NCBI GenBank assembly: GCA_025800435.1
Contig: JAOXRV010000044.1
Span: 2,152 to 66,151 of the forward strand
Reading direction: 5' to 3'
From: Cellvibrionaceae bacterium
GTDB lineage: Bacteria; Pseudomonadota; Gammaproteobacteria; Pseudomonadales; Cellvibrionaceae
Length of the DNA: 64,000 nt
A model generated the notes under the pieces. That model had not been told where the DNA came from, made no database searches, and saw nothing but the letters and a program-made list of their open reading frames with translations. Each line of letters opens with the position of its first letter. The first letter of the stretch is position 1. Made by a program: the position numbers and the translations under genes. This document shows, one piece after another, positions 8,561 to 19,361 of this stretch.

Positions 8561-10596
8561 CGGCGACGTACCTTATTGTTCATCTGACTGATGCCGATAT
8601 GGCTAAATAACTCGGCAAAGGCGTTGATGGTTAGGGGTTTACTCAGGTGATCGTCGATACCGGCGCTGTAGGCGCGGTCGGTGTATTCACCTTTTTCATG
8701 GGCGGTCAGGGCAATAATTTGGCAGGGCTCTAGATCTTTTTCCTGTTCTAATGCACGGATGGCTTCGGTAGCGGCAATGCCATCCATTACCGGCATTTCA
8801 ATATCCATTAGCAGCAATGGAAACTGGCCCAGGTGCTCGTTAAAAATATCCACGGCTTGCTGGCCGTTATTGGCAATAATGGGCTCTACATTAAATTTGG
8901 CCAATATTTTTTGGGCCACAATAATGTTCACACCGTTATCATCCACCAGCAGTACATTAAGCCCATCTATAGCCTGGGGCATGGGTATGTTTTCGATCTC
9001 AAGCGGTTCTGGCTCGGTGCTGGTTTGGGTGCTGACAATCTTGCTTGGCTCTTGCAGCTGTATTTTAAAGGTAAACCAAAAGGTTGAGCCCTTGCCCGGG
9101 TCGCTTTTAACATCGATCTCGCCCTGGCCCAGCATCACCAAGCTTTTACAAATGGCTAGGCCTAAACCCGAGCCGCCGTAGCGGCGAGTGGTGCTGCTGT
9201 CTGCCTGCTTAAATGGATCAAACAGTTTTTTAATGGCGTCCTTGTCAATACCGATACCTGTGTCGGCAATGGTAAAGCGTAACATCGCCGCATCGCCCTG
9301 GTTCTGTTCCAGTGTTACCGACAAAGTCACCTGGCCGCGATCGGTGAATTTAATGGAGTTGCTCAACAGGTTAACAATGATTTGGCGTAGGCGGGTCGGG
9401 TCGCCGATTACTTTATTGGGTACTGCCTCGTGGCATACGGTGCGAAAGCTAATGCCTTTTTGCTCGGCCTGGCGCGAGTATATTTGGCTGCAATCGCTAA
9501 TTAAATCGTGCAGGTCAAAGGGGTAGCTTTCAAAGTTGACTTTATTGGCTTCAATTTTTGAATAGTCGAGCACATCGTTAAGAATGTGCATTAGCGAGTC
9601 GCCAGAGCGGCGCATAATGTTTAGGTAGTGGCGCTGGGTGTCATCCAGCTCGGTATCGTTGAGCAGATCGGTCATGCCGATAATGCCGTTCATGGGGGTG
9701 CGAATTTCGTGGCTCATGGCAGCCAGGAAAAAGCTCTTGGCCTGGCTTGCGCTCTCGGCTTCTTGTTGCTGTTTAATAAAATCTAATTTTTGCTGTTGCT
9801 CCTGTACCAGCTGCTGGGACATGCTGCGTCGCATTTCAATATCCCGCAGCAAGCTGGTGCGCATAATATTAAAGCCCCTTACCACATTGCCGAGTTCATC
9901 TTCCTGTTCAATTTTACGCTCTAGGCGCAGTGGTTGGTTTAGATTTTTAAGGGAAAGTTTACTGGCATAGTTGGCAATATGAGCCAGGTGTTTGGTGAAC
10001 AGGGCGCGAATTAAAAAGAAGATGGTCAGCGATACAATTAGGGATTTGGTAAATTGCAAGACGATAATAAAACGGGCTCGCTCCCACAGTTTGTCGTATA
10101 CGCTTTCTAGGCTGACCACCAGGGTAAGATCGCCCAGGTGCTGCTCATCGGTATTATTGGCAGTGTGCACCAGTGGGTAGATCCGGGTTATACGACGTTC
10201 GCTGGCCGCCATATCTTTATCTTGGGCCATTATTGCCCGGGGTTTTTCATCCCAGTTTTGCCAGTTGACTATAACCTGCAGCACATCGTCCACTTCGAGC
10301 AGGCTGTAAACCTGCAGCTGCAACTGCTCCTCGTTAAAATTCCACAGGCTCTGGGTGATACTGGGCAAGCTACTAATGCGAATTTGCTGTAGCCGTTTAT
10401 CAAGATCGTCCATGTCGTCCTGAAAAGAAGCGCGCAGTTGCAACACCACGGCCACCAGAGTAATGACCGAGCTGATCACTAAAATCCAGGCCAGCAGGCG
10501 CACGGTGAGGGAGTGGCGTCTAGCCCCGGTGTCGAGGTTGAGCAGACGTTTGAGCCCCCAATTGCTGTACAGTAGCTTGCTTTTGTCCATGGCCAC
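8557..10596 (-). CDS. Hybrid sensor histidine kinase / response regulator
   Basis: 2 TM helices with a periplasmic loop, HAMP, H-box [16 protein letters not shown] boxes [16 protein letters not shown] and [11 protein letters not shown], and a C-terminal receiver (VLLVDDN ... [13 protein letters not shown] ... SKP). Confidence 0.9.
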   Translation of the reverse strand: MAMDKSKLLYSNWGLKRLLNLDTGARRHSLTVRLLAWILVISSVITLVAVVLQLRASFQDDMDDLDKRLQQIRISSLPSITQSLWNFNEEQLQLQVYSLLEVDDVLQVIVNWQNWDEKPRAIMAQDKDMAASERRITRIYPLVHTANNTDEQHLGDLTLVVSLESVYDKLWERARFIIVLQFTKSLIVSLTIFFLIRALFTKHLAHIANYASKLSLKNLNQPLRLERKIEQEDELGNVVRGFNIMRTSLLRDIEMRRSMSQQLVQEQQQKLDFIKQQQEAESASQAKSFFLAAMSHEIRTPMNGIIGMTDLLNDTELDDTQRHYLNIMRRSGDSLMHILNDVLDYSKIEANKVNFESYPFDLHDLISDCSQIYSRQAEQKGISFRTVCHEAVPNKVIGDPTRLRQIIVNLLSNSIKFTDRGQVTLSVTLEQNQGDAAMLRFTIADTGIGIDKDAIKKLFDPFKQADSSTTRRYGGSGLGLAICKSLVMLGQGEIDVKSDPGKGSTFWFTFKIQLQEPSKIVSTQTSTEPEPLEIENIPMPQAIDGLNVLLVDDNGVNIIVAQKILAKFNVEPIIANNGQQAVDIFNEHLGQFPLLLMDIEMPVMDGIAATEAIRALEQEKDLEPCQIIALTAHEKGEYTDRAYSAGIDDHLSKPLTINAFAELFSHIGISQMNNKVRRR

Positions 10597-10656
10597 ACCT
10601 TAGCAGTAATGGCGGTTGAAGCAAATAGTGCTGGGTCTGGCAAGGGCTGGGGTTTA

Positions 10657-11790
10657 CTACGCCATAAAGCTGCCGATTACGTCATTGAGAAAACGCTGGC
10701 CCAGATCGCTGGCTCGCAAGTGGCCGGCTTCAATGTCGATAAGACCGCGCTCGCTCAGTTGCCGCAGCTGGGGCTCGATGCTCGACAGTGGCAGATTGCT
10801 GCGCTGACTAAACAGCTCCAACTCAAAGCCCTGGCTTAGGCGCAGGGCATTCATCATAAATTCCAGCGCCAGCTGTTCGGCTTCAATTGCCTTGCTGCCG
10901 GCCAGGTAGTCGCCGCCGCGGGCTAAATAATGGTTGGGGGCGCGGGTCTTCCAGCGCCGTTCAACGGTACCGTCGGTGTAGCTGATTTTGCCGTGGGCAC
11001 CAGCGCCAATGCCCAGATAATCGCCAAAGCGCCAGTAATTTAAATTGTGGCGGCTGGGCCTCTGGCGGCTATAGGCGGATACCTCATACTGCTGATAGCC
11101 GGCCTCGGCCAGCTGGGCCTGGCCCTGTTGCTGTATCTCGGCCAGGGCATCATCCACAGGCAGTGTGGGCGGGCGGTGGTAGTATTCGGTATTGGGCTCG
11201 ATGGTCAGTTGATACCAAGATAAGTGCTCGGGCCCAAGTTGAATGGCCCGCGCCAAATCTTGTTGGGCCTGGGCCGGTGATTGGCCCGGCAGGCCGTGCA
11301 TAATATCGATATTAATATTGTCAAAGCCGGCCCGGCGCGCCATGTCCACTGCGGCTTCGGCCTGCTCGGCGCTGTGAATACGGCCGAGTTTTTGCAACTG
11401 TGCAGGGGCAAAGCTCTGCACTCCAATCGATAAGCGGTCGATGCCGGCGCGGCGGTAATCGCCAAAGCGAGTCTGCTCGGCGGTACCGGGGTTGGCCTCT
11501 AGGGTGATTTCAATATCGTCGGCAAAACCCAGCTGCGCTTCGATTGCCCTAAGCAGCTGATCAAAACTGGCGCCGCCAAATAAGCTGGGGGTGCCGCCGC
11601 CGATAAAAATGGATTGCAGTTTACGCCCCTGGGCCAGCGCTTGCTCGGCCTTAAGGTCACAGATTAGGGCGTTTATATATTCGGTTTCGGGCAGGTTTTC
11701 GCCGGCGGCATGGGAGTTAAAATCACAGTAGGGGCATTTGCGCACACACCAGGGTATATGTACATAGAGGGCCAGCGGCGGGGGTTTCAT
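10657..11790 (-). CDS. hemW: Radical SAM heme chaperone HemW (HemN-like)
   Basis: CVRKCPYCDF radical-SAM cluster motif and a HemN C-terminal domain. Synteny with rdgB as in Pseudomonas. Confidence 0.9.
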   Translation of the reverse strand: MKPPPLALYVHIPWCVRKCPYCDFNSHAAGENLPETEYINALICDLKAEQALAQGRKLQSIFIGGGTPSLFGGASFDQLLRAIEAQLGFADDIEITLEANPGTAEQTRFGDYRRAGIDRLSIGVQSFAPAQLQKLGRIHSAEQAEAAVDMARRAGFDNINIDIMHGLPGQSPAQAQQDLARAIQLGPEHLSWYQLTIEPNTEYYHRPPTLPVDDALAEIQQQGQAQLAEAGYQQYEVSAYSRQRPSRHNLNYWRFGDYLGIGAGAHGKISYTDGTVERRWKTRAPNHYLARGGDYLAGSKAIEAEQLALEFMMNALRLSQGFELELFSQRSNLPLSSIEPQLRQLSERGLIDIEAGHLRASDLGQRFLNDVIGSFMA

Positions 11791-11802
11791 AAATTTAGCC
11801 GA

Positions 11803-12396
11803 TTAACTTAGGGCTTGCAGCAGCTTGGCCATGGCCTGGCCCCGGTGGCTGATGCGGTTTTTTAAGGCCCGGTCTAACTCGGCCGAGCTCTGCTGTCGCT
11901 CGGGCAGCCAAAACAGCGGGTCGTAGCCAAAGCCCTGCTCGCCTCTGGGTGCTTGCAAAATAAGCCCCTCCCAACTGGCGTGGCAGATAATAGGGGTGGG
12001 GTCTAGGGCCTGGCGCATATACACCAGTACACAGTGAAAGCGTGCGCTGCGCTCGGCCTCGGTTTTGCCGGCGAGTTTTTGCAGCAGTAGATCATTATTG
12101 CTTGCGTCGCTCGCGCCTTCGCCGCTAAAGCGGGCCGAGTAGATGCCGGGGGCACCGTTAAGTGCGTCTACTTCCAGCCCAGAGTCGTCGGCAATGGCGG
12201 CCATGCCGCTGTGCTCACAGGCGTGGCGGGCCTTGAGAATGGCGTTCTCAACAAAGCTAAGGCCGGTCTCTTCGGCATCGCTAATGCCCAGCTCACGCTG
12301 AGCGATAACCGCCATATTTTTATCCGCCAACAGCTGTTGGAACTCTTTTAATTTGCCGGCGTTGTTGCTGGCCAGAACTATTGTTTGTGCGCTCAT
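11803..12396 (-). CDS. rdgB: dITP/XTP pyrophosphatase RdgB
   Basis: Ham1 family motifs SNNAGKLKEF, ALNGAPGIYSARF and FGYDPLF. Confidence 0.93.
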   Translation of the reverse strand: MSAQTIVLASNNAGKLKEFQQLLADKNMAVIAQRELGISDAEETGLSFVENAILKARHACEHSGMAAIADDSGLEVDALNGAPGIYSARFSGEGASDASNNDLLLQKLAGKTEAERSARFHCVLVYMRQALDPTPIICHASWEGLILQAPRGEQGFGYDPLFWLPERQQSSAELDRALKNRISHRGQAMAKLLQALS

Positions 12397-12848
12397 TATT
12401 TATCGACGTGCATTTTTCGTTTAAAACTAAAGCTGTGGTTCTGCTCGCTGCCTTCGGGGGTGACGCTGATATTGATGGTCAGAATATCTTCGGTGGTAAA
12501 GCGCAGCGGCGCGAGATAGTAGACTGCATCCTGCTCGCGAATTTGTTTAAACTCCAGCGTGCGCTGTTGTTGTAACAGGTTGGTATAGCTGCCGCTAATT
12601 TTCGCCTTTGAGCCGCTAATAGCCTTGCCTTTTAATACCGAGATATTGACCAGGGCACGGTCGTTGCCGCGCACTAAATTATAGGCCTCGGCTACTTTGG
12701 GGCTGATAAAATTACTGTTAAACAGGCTGTAAAAAACTTTGTACTCGCCAAAGCTCTCATAGGGTTGGCCCAGTTCCCGAGCTTCTTGTTGGGCCAGGCT
12801 GGCGGCGGCCCAGCAGCTGCATAACAGGGTGAGCAAAAAGCGTTTCAT
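12396..12848 (-). CDS. DUF4426-like secreted protein
   Basis: Signal peptide MKRFLLTLLCSCWAAASLA. Conserved position between metW and rdgB as in Pseudomonas, with a 1-nt overlap onto the rdgB start. Confidence 0.65.
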   Translation of the reverse strand: MKRFLLTLLCSCWAAASLAQQEARELGQPYESFGEYKVFYSLFNSNFISPKVAEAYNLVRGNDRALVNISVLKGKAISGSKAKISGSYTNLLQQQRTLEFKQIREQDAVYYLAPLRFTTEDILTINISVTPEGSEQNHSFSFKRKMHVDK

Positions 12849-12857
12849 GGTGTGCTC

Positions 12858-13445
12858 CTAGCGTTTGCGTAAATGGTAAATGGCGGTAACCCCAAATAAA
12901 TTGGGTAGCTTTTGTTTGAGCGCGTTAGCGCTGCCCTGGGTGGTGACTCGGCGCTCGATAATTTCGATACCCAGCTCGCGGCACAGCACCTCAAAATCTT
13001 TAAAGGTACAAAAGTGAATATTGGGGGTGTCGTACCACTGGTAGGGCAATAGGTCAGAGACCGGCATGCGGCCGGAAAAAGCCAAGTGCCAACGGGCCCG
13101 CCAGTGGCCAAAATTGGGGAAGGTGACAATGCAATCGCGCCCAACCCGCAGCATTTCTTGCAGCACCAGATGGGGGAAGCGCATGGTTTGCAATGCCTGG
13201 GTCATGATCACTGTGTCGAAACTGTTATCGGCAAAATTGCCCAGACCTCGGTCGAGGTTTTGCTCCACCACATTGACGCCCTTGGCGATACAACGGCTGA
13301 TTTGCTCCGGGTCTATTTCTAAACCGTAGCCGCTAATATTGTGCTGTTGCAGTTTCTCCAGTAGCTCGCCATCGCCACAGGCCAGGTCGAGTACCCGGCT
13401 GTCGGGTTTAATCCAGGTGCTGATGATATCGAGGTCGCTGCGCAT
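12858..13445 (-). CDS. metW: Methionine biosynthesis protein MetW
   Basis: SAM-methyltransferase-like VLDLACGDGELL. Overlaps the metX stop codon by 1 nt. Confidence 0.92.
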   Translation of the reverse strand: MRSDLDIISTWIKPDSRVLDLACGDGELLEKLQQHNISGYGLEIDPEQISRCIAKGVNVVEQNLDRGLGNFADNSFDTVIMTQALQTMRFPHLVLQEMLRVGRDCIVTFPNFGHWRARWHLAFSGRMPVSDLLPYQWYDTPNIHFCTFKDFEVLCRELGIEIIERRVTTQGSANALKQKLPNLFGVTAIYHLRKR

Positions 13446-14626
13446 CAGTTACCCGCCTCCTGCTCGCCGGTTTCAATTTCGTCGGCCAGTTTGGCCATAT
13501 AGTTACCGAACACCGCCTGGTAGCGCATATTGGGCAGCAAAAAGGCGTCGTGGCCCGCGTCCGATTCAATTTCTGCATAGCTCACCTCTTTATTGGCGGC
13601 CATCAGTGCGTCGGCAATTTCGCGCGAGCGGGCCGGTGCGAAGCGCCAGTCGCTGGTAAAAGAGACCACCAAAAATTTGCACTGGGCGTGGCTAAAAGCT
13701 TTGACCGGATCGTTCTGGTACTCCCGCGCCAGGTCAAAGTAATCCAGTGCCCGGGTCATCAGAATATAAGTGTTGGCATCGAAACTGTCGGAAAAGCGCT
13801 CACCCTGGTAGCGCAGATAACTCTGTACCTGAAATTCCACTGGCTCGTCTTGGCCCTGGGTGAAACTGCCCGAGCGCAGTTGGCGGCCGAATTTTTCGCC
13901 CATGCCGTCGCCGGATAAATAGGTGATGTGGCCAATCATGCGCGCCACCGATAGGCCCGAGCGGGGCACGGTGTCGCTGCGTTGGTAGTGGCCGTCTTTA
14001 AATTCCGGGTCGCGGCTAATGGCCTGGCGCGCGGTTTCATTAAAGGCAATATTCTGGGCGGTCAGTTTCATCGCCGAGGCGATTGCCACACAGCGATTGA
14101 CGCGCTCTGGGTATTCCAGTGCCCAGCGCATGGCCTGCATGCCGCCGAGGCTGCCGCCGACAACAGCGGCCCAGCGCGCAATGCCGAGTCGATCGGCCAG
14201 GCGCGCCTGTGAGTGAACCCAGTCGCGCACTCGCAGGCTGGGAAAATCTGGCCCCCAGACCTCGCCGCTGGCCGGGTTGATGCTGGTGGGGCCAGTGGAA
14301 CCGTCGCAGCCACCCAAATTATTGAGCGAGACCACAAAAAAGCGATTGGTATCAATGGCTTTGCCGGGGCCGATATAGGCGTCCCACCAACCGGGTTTGG
14401 GGTCGTCGTAGCTGTGCAGGCCGGCGGCGTGGTGGTTGCCGGACAGGGCGTGGCAAATCAGAACCCCATTGCTGGCGTCCTTATTGAGTGTGCCGTAGGT
14501 CTCGTAGAGCAGTTGGTAGCGCGCTAAGCTGCGGCCATTGGCCAGGCTTAGCGGCTCGTCAAACTCGGCGGTTTGGGGTTTGACGATACCAATACTGTTG
14601 TCGCTGCTAGTGCTTGCTTCAGCCAT
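13445..14626 (-). CDS. metX: Homoserine O-acyl(succinyl)transferase MetX
   Basis: Alpha/beta hydrolase with nucleophile elbow GGSLGGMQA. Paired with metW. Confidence 0.93.
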   Translation of the reverse strand: MAEASTSSDNSIGIVKPQTAEFDEPLSLANGRSLARYQLLYETYGTLNKDASNGVLICHALSGNHHAAGLHSYDDPKPGWWDAYIGPGKAIDTNRFFVVSLNNLGGCDGSTGPTSINPASGEVWGPDFPSLRVRDWVHSQARLADRLGIARWAAVVGGSLGGMQAMRWALEYPERVNRCVAIASAMKLTAQNIAFNETARQAISRDPEFKDGHYQRSDTVPRSGLSVARMIGHITYLSGDGMGEKFGRQLRSGSFTQGQDEPVEFQVQSYLRYQGERFSDSFDANTYILMTRALDYFDLAREYQNDPVKAFSHAQCKFLVVSFTSDWRFAPARSREIADALMAANKEVSYAEIESDAGHDAFLLPNMRYQAVFGNYMAKLADEIETGEQEAGN

Positions 14627-14643
14627 GGGTGTCTCTAATGGTA

Positions 14644-15240
14644 TTAAATGCCGATGACCAAGTGCGCTATGCCGCCGCTGATGCCGGTCTGGAAGGCGGC
14701 TTGGGCCAGTAATATCTCGCCGATTTGCAGCGCCATAATCGCAAACAGCGGGCTCAGGTCAATACCGCCTAAGTCTGGTGTTATACGGCGGAAGGGGCGC
14801 AACACTGGCGCAGTCAGTTGGTGTAATAACAACACTGCGGGGTTGGGGTTATTGGGTGCTAGCCAGCTTAAAACAATGGAGATAATCAGGCCCCACTTGT
14901 AGATCGCGAGCACCATGCCGACAAGGCCCAAAATAGCCCAGGTAAGTGCGTGGAAGGGGTTTGGAAATGCGCTGGCGACCAGCAGCGAAAGGGCGTTGAT
15001 CAATACCCAGTGCAGCACTATCGCCAACACCACACAGGCCATATCCAGGCCGAAGATGCCGGGCACAATTTTGCGCAGCGGCAGCAGCAGTGGGTTGGTG
15101 GCTTTGACTAAAAACTGGGACACGGGGTTGTAAAAATCGGCCCGGGCCAGCTGTAGCAAAAAGCGCAAGATCACCAGCGCCAGGTAGAGGCTGCCCAGTG
15201 TCTGCAATACATACAAACCGATTTCGGTTAAGGCCCCCAT
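14644..15240 (-). CDS. yggT: YggT family membrane protein
   Basis: 198 aa with about 4-5 TM helices, lying downstream of proC in the conserved yggS-proC-yggT arrangement. Confidence 0.85.
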   Translation of the reverse strand: MGALTEIGLYVLQTLGSLYLALVILRFLLQLARADFYNPVSQFLVKATNPLLLPLRKIVPGIFGLDMACVVLAIVLHWVLINALSLLVASAFPNPFHALTWAILGLVGMVLAIYKWGLIISIVLSWLAPNNPNPAVLLLHQLTAPVLRPFRRITPDLGGIDLSPLFAIMALQIGEILLAQAAFQTGISGGIAHLVIGI

Positions 15241-15310
15241 AGGTTTCTCCTTGTTACTGGCGGGTCGAGTCTAGGTGTTGTCATTTAGTTGCTGTGCTTA
15301 ATTATAGGCG

Positions 15311-16135
15311 CTAGCCCAACTGCTTGGCCATTTCTCGGGCGCGATCGCTACAGGCCTGCATGGCGCCGGCATAGAGCTGGCGCAGGCCATTGTTCTCAAA
15401 GTGGGCAATGGCCTGGGCGGTGGTGCCACCGGGGGAGGTAACTCGGCGGCGCAGCTCGGCCACATCCACATCGCTGGCCTGGGCCAGCTTGGCGGCGCCA
15501 AAGGCAGTTTGCAAGGTGAGTTCGGTGGCGGCCTCGGTGCTTAGGCCCTGTTTGATGCCGGCGTCAATCATCGCCTCCATGGCTAAAAAGAAATAGGCCG
15601 GGCCACTGCCAGAGACGGCGATAACCGCGTCGATCAAGCTCTCTTGCGCGACCCATTGGGTAATGCCGACCGCGGCCAGTACCGATTCGGCCTGTCGGCG
15701 CTGGGTTTGGCTGCAATTGTCATTGGCGTAGAGGCCACTGGCGCCGGCCCCCACCAGTGAGGGGGTATTGGGCATGGCCCGCACTATCGCCTGGTCTTGG
15801 CCCAGCCACTGTTGCAGGCTGGCCACGGGAATGCCGGCGGCGAGGGAGACAAGCAGCGGCTTGTGGCCGAGCTGGGGGGCCAGCTCGGCGCAGACTTCGG
15901 CCATAATCTGGGGTTTAACCCCCAGTACCACGACATCGGCGGCGCGGCAGGCGGCGCCGTTATCGCTGCCGCTGGCGATACCGTACTGGTCGCTCAGCGG
16001 TTTAAGGTTGCGCTCACTGGGGGCGGTGGCGTGAATTTGTGCAGCTGGGTAGCCCTGCTGTACCAGGCCACCGATTACCGCACCGGCCATATTGCCGGCG
16101 CCGATAAAGGCGATAGAGGCGCTGGGTTTTGTCAT
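15311..16135 (-). CDS. proC: Pyrroline-5-carboxylate reductase
   Basis: Rossmann motif IAFIGAGNMAGA and C-terminal signature VTSPGGTT. Confidence 0.95.
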   Translation of the reverse strand: MTKPSASIAFIGAGNMAGAVIGGLVQQGYPAAQIHATAPSERNLKPLSDQYGIASGSDNGAACRAADVVVLGVKPQIMAEVCAELAPQLGHKPLLVSLAAGIPVASLQQWLGQDQAIVRAMPNTPSLVGAGASGLYANDNCSQTQRRQAESVLAAVGITQWVAQESLIDAVIAVSGSGPAYFFLAMEAMIDAGIKQGLSTEAATELTLQTAFGAAKLAQASDVDVAELRRRVTSPGGTTAQAIAHFENNGLRQLYAGAMQACSDRAREMAKQLG

Positions 16136-16188
16136 AGTGATACCTTTATATACGGTTATTTTTTATAGGCGCTTAACGTTACAGGCGC

Positions 16189-16914
16189 TTAATGGGCCGG
16201 GGCGTTTGCTTGGCGGGGCCCAAAAATATCGGTGCCCACTCGCACCATGGTGCTGCCGGCGGCGATGGCTGCCTCTAAATCTGCGGACATGCCCATCGAC
16301 AGGGTGTCCAGCGCCAAACCCTCGGCCTGCAGTTGTCGTTGGGCTTGGCTTAGGCGCGCTAGGCTTTGGCGCTGCTGCTCAAACGCCTGCTGCGGGGCGG
16401 GTATCGCCATTAAGCCGCGCAGCTTAAGCCGGGGCAGTGCCGCCACCGCCTGGGCCAGCTCGACCAGTTGGTTTAGGGCCACTCCGGATTTACTGGGCTC
16501 GGCGTCTAGATTCACCTGTAGGCAGATATTTAACGGCTCTAATTTGGCCGGCCGGGCGGCACTGAGGCGCTCGGCGATCTTGACTCGATCGACACTGTGC
16601 ACCCAGCTAAAATTTTCTGCGATGGCCCGGCTTTTGTTTGACTGAATTGGGCCGATAAAATGCCAGTGGAGCGATTCAAGCCCGGGTTCATTAGCCAGCT
16701 CGACCTGCTTGGCCAGGGCTTCTTGCAGATAGTTTTCGCCAAAGTGGCGCTGGCCGGCCCTGGCTGCCTCGGCCACAAGGGCGGCGGGCTTTGTTTTGCT
16801 CACCGCCAGCAGGCACAGTTCAGCGCTGTCCCGGCCGTGCTCGCGGCAGGCAGCATTTATACGGGCTTGTACGCTTTTTAAGCGCTCGGCAATAGAAGGG
16901 AGAACCAATGTCAT
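16189..16914 (-). CDS. yggS: YggS family pyridoxal-phosphate homeostasis protein
   Basis: Alanine-racemase N-terminal-like fold with the PLP lysine in LLAVSKTKP. Divergent from pilT as in Pseudomonas. Confidence 0.9.
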   Translation of the reverse strand: MTLVLPSIAERLKSVQARINAACREHGRDSAELCLLAVSKTKPAALVAEAARAGQRHFGENYLQEALAKQVELANEPGLESLHWHFIGPIQSNKSRAIAENFSWVHSVDRVKIAERLSAARPAKLEPLNICLQVNLDAEPSKSGVALNQLVELAQAVAALPRLKLRGLMAIPAPQQAFEQQRQSLARLSQAQRQLQAEGLALDTLSMGMSADLEAAIAAGSTMVRVGTDIFGPRQANAPAH

Positions 16915-17087
16915 TTTTTACGGCTTTTTGGCAGATGAGGTTTGCTTTTCAGCAAGCGCTGGGTCAAAGTTTACCTCATGAGAATGAAAAACTCCTAAAC
17001 TATGTGTGTGGGCCCGCGATAAGCTTGGCCCGCCGGGACTTGGCAATACCAATCACGCTGTGTTGAGGCAGCTATTTTGAGGCAACT

Positions 17088-18122
17088 ATGGATATTACCG
17101 AACTGTTAGCATTTAGTTCTAAGCAAGGCGCATCAGATTTACACCTCTCCGCCGGATTACCACCGATGATCCGGGTGGACGGCGATGTGCGTCGCATCAA
17201 CCTGCCGCCGATGGAGCACAAGCAGGTGCACGGCCTCATCTATGAAATCATGAATGACAAGCAGCGCAAGGACTTCGAAGAACATCTGGAGACGGATTTC
17301 TCGTTCGAAGTACCCGGTGTTGCTCGTTTTCGTGTCAATGCCTTTAACCAGAATCGCGGTGCCGGTGCGGTATTTCGGACCATTCCCTCCAAGGTTTTAA
17401 CCATGGAAGAGCTGGGCATGGGCCAGGTGTTTCGGGATATTGCCGCCACCCCGCGCGGCCTGTGTCTGGTAACTGGCCCAACCGGTTCGGGTAAATCGAC
17501 CACGCTGGCGGCGATGATCGATTACATTAACGACAATAAGTACGAGCATATTCTCACCATCGAAGACCCTATCGAATTTGTCCACGAATCAAAAAAATGC
17601 CTGGTTAACCAGCGCGAGGTACACCGCGATACCCACAGCTTTACCCACGCCCTGCGCTCGGCACTGCGTGAAGACCCCGACATCATTCTGGTGGGCGAGA
17701 TGCGAGATTTGGAAACCATTCGCCTGGCCTTGACCGCGGCCGAAACCGGCCACTTGGTATTCGGCACCTTGCACACTACCTCGGCCGCTAAGACCATTGA
17801 CCGGGTGGTGGATGTGTTCCCGGCCGAAGAAAAGGCCATGGTGCGTTCGATGCTGTCAGAATCGTTGCAGGCGGTTATCTCCCAGACCCTGCTCAAGCGT
17901 CAAGAGGGCGGCCGGGTCGCGGCCCACGAAATTATGCGCGGCACCTCGGCCATTCGTAACCTGATTCGAGAAGATAAAGTGGCGCAGATGTATTCGGCGA
18001 TTCAAACCGGTGGCTCGATTGGCATGCAGACTATGGATCAGTGTTTGGCGGATCTGGTCGATCGGCGTATTATTTCCCGGGATGTGGCGCGTGAAAAAGC
18101 CCGCATGCCAGAGAATTTTTAA
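17088..18122 (+). CDS. pilT: Type IV pilus retraction ATPase PilT
   Basis: Walker A GPTGSGKST, Walker B ILVGEMRD, His box TGHLVFGTLHT, and the PilT motif AIRNLIRE. Confidence 0.97.
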   Translation: MDITELLAFSSKQGASDLHLSAGLPPMIRVDGDVRRINLPPMEHKQVHGLIYEIMNDKQRKDFEEHLETDFSFEVPGVARFRVNAFNQNRGAGAVFRTIPSKVLTMEELGMGQVFRDIAATPRGLCLVTGPTGSGKSTTLAAMIDYINDNKYEHILTIEDPIEFVHESKKCLVNQREVHRDTHSFTHALRSALREDPDIILVGEMRDLETIRLALTAAETGHLVFGTLHTTSAAKTIDRVVDVFPAEEKAMVRSMLSESLQAVISQTLLKRQEGGRVAAHEIMRGTSAIRNLIREDKVAQMYSAIQTGGSIGMQTMDQCLADLVDRRIISRDVAREKARMPENF

Positions 18123-18161
18123 TCACTAAGCAATAGCAGGGCAGCACCCTGGGGAAGAAAT

Positions 18162-19307
18162 ATGGAATTTGAGCGTTTATTATCCATGATGGTAGAGAAG
18201 GGTGCTTCCGACTTGTTTATTACCGCCGGGGTGCCGCCGTCGATTAAACTGCACGGCAAGGTGGTGCCGGTAACCACCACTCCGCTGTCCCCGGAAAAAA
18301 CCCGCGAGGTAGTACTGGGGGTAATGAACGAGCCCCAGCGGCAAGAGTTTATTGCCACCCACGAGCTTAATTTTGCCATCAGTGCTAGGGGCATTGGCCG
18401 TTTTCGGGTCAGCGCGTTTTACCAGCGCAACCTGGCCGGCATGGTGTTGCGGCGGATTGAAACCATTATTCCCAAAATTGACGATTTGGGCCTGCCGGCC
18501 ATTATTAAAGACCTGGCCATGGTCAAACGCGGTTTGATTATTTATGTGGGTGCCACCGGCACCGGTAAGTCGACCTCGCTGGCGGCGATGATCGGCCACC
18601 GCAACGGCAACTCCAAGGGTCATATTATTTCCATCGAAGACCCGATTGAATTTATTCACCAGCACCAGGGTTGCATTGTTACCCAGCGCGAGGTCGGTAT
18701 CGATACCGATTCGTTTGAGGTGGCCCTTAAAAACACCCTGCGCCAGGCGCCGGATGTGATTATGATCGGCGAGGTGCGCACCCGCGAAACCATGGAGCAC
18801 GCGATTGCCTTTGCTGAAACCGGCCACTTATGCCTGTGTACCCTACACGCCAATAACGCCAACCAGGCGCTGGACCGAATTATTCATTTCTTTCCGGCCG
18901 ACCGACACCCCCAGTTGTGGATGGATTTATCGTTAAACTTAAAAGCGATTGTGGCCCAGCAGTTAATTCCCACCCCCGATGGCAATGGCCGCCGGGCCTG
19001 CTTGGAGGTAATGTTAAATTCACCCCTGGCGGCGGATATGATTCGCAAGGGCGATGTGCACGAGCTAAAAGAGTTGATGAAAAAGTCCAACGAGTTGGGC
19101 ATGCAGACCTTCGATCAGGCCCTGTACGAGTTGTACGATTCGGGCGAGATCACCTATGAAGACGCCCTCGCCCACGCCGACTCACCCAATGACCTGCGCT
19201 TGATGATCAAGCTCGGCTCGGAAACCGATGCGGATTACCTTTCCAATGTGGCGAACGAACTGTCATTGCAGGGCGAGGATAGCGACAATCGAGGTAACTT
19301 GTTTTAG
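18162..19307 (+). CDS. pilU: Type IV pilus ATPase PilU
   Basis: PilT paralogue with GATGTGKST, IMIGEVRT and TGHLCLCTLHA, immediately downstream of pilT. Confidence 0.93.
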   Translation: MEFERLLSMMVEKGASDLFITAGVPPSIKLHGKVVPVTTTPLSPEKTREVVLGVMNEPQRQEFIATHELNFAISARGIGRFRVSAFYQRNLAGMVLRRIETIIPKIDDLGLPAIIKDLAMVKRGLIIYVGATGTGKSTSLAAMIGHRNGNSKGHIISIEDPIEFIHQHQGCIVTQREVGIDTDSFEVALKNTLRQAPDVIMIGEVRTRETMEHAIAFAETGHLCLCTLHANNANQALDRIIHFFPADRHPQLWMDLSLNLKAIVAQQLIPTPDGNGRRACLEVMLNSPLAADMIRKGDVHELKELMKKSNELGMQTFDQALYELYDSGEITYEDALAHADSPNDLRLMIKLGSETDADYLSNVANELSLQGEDSDNRGNLF

Positions 19308-19361
19308 TTTGTGATTTTGTGGCTTAGAGGTTTTTATTTAACCGCGGTTACAATCCTTGCC

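Noticed and set aside
18180-18827. 215-aa minus-strand ORF inside pilU, with similar ones inside pilT
   Set aside because: It is antisense to a strongly supported ATPase gene, has low-complexity G/R/H-rich translation and contains no motifs.
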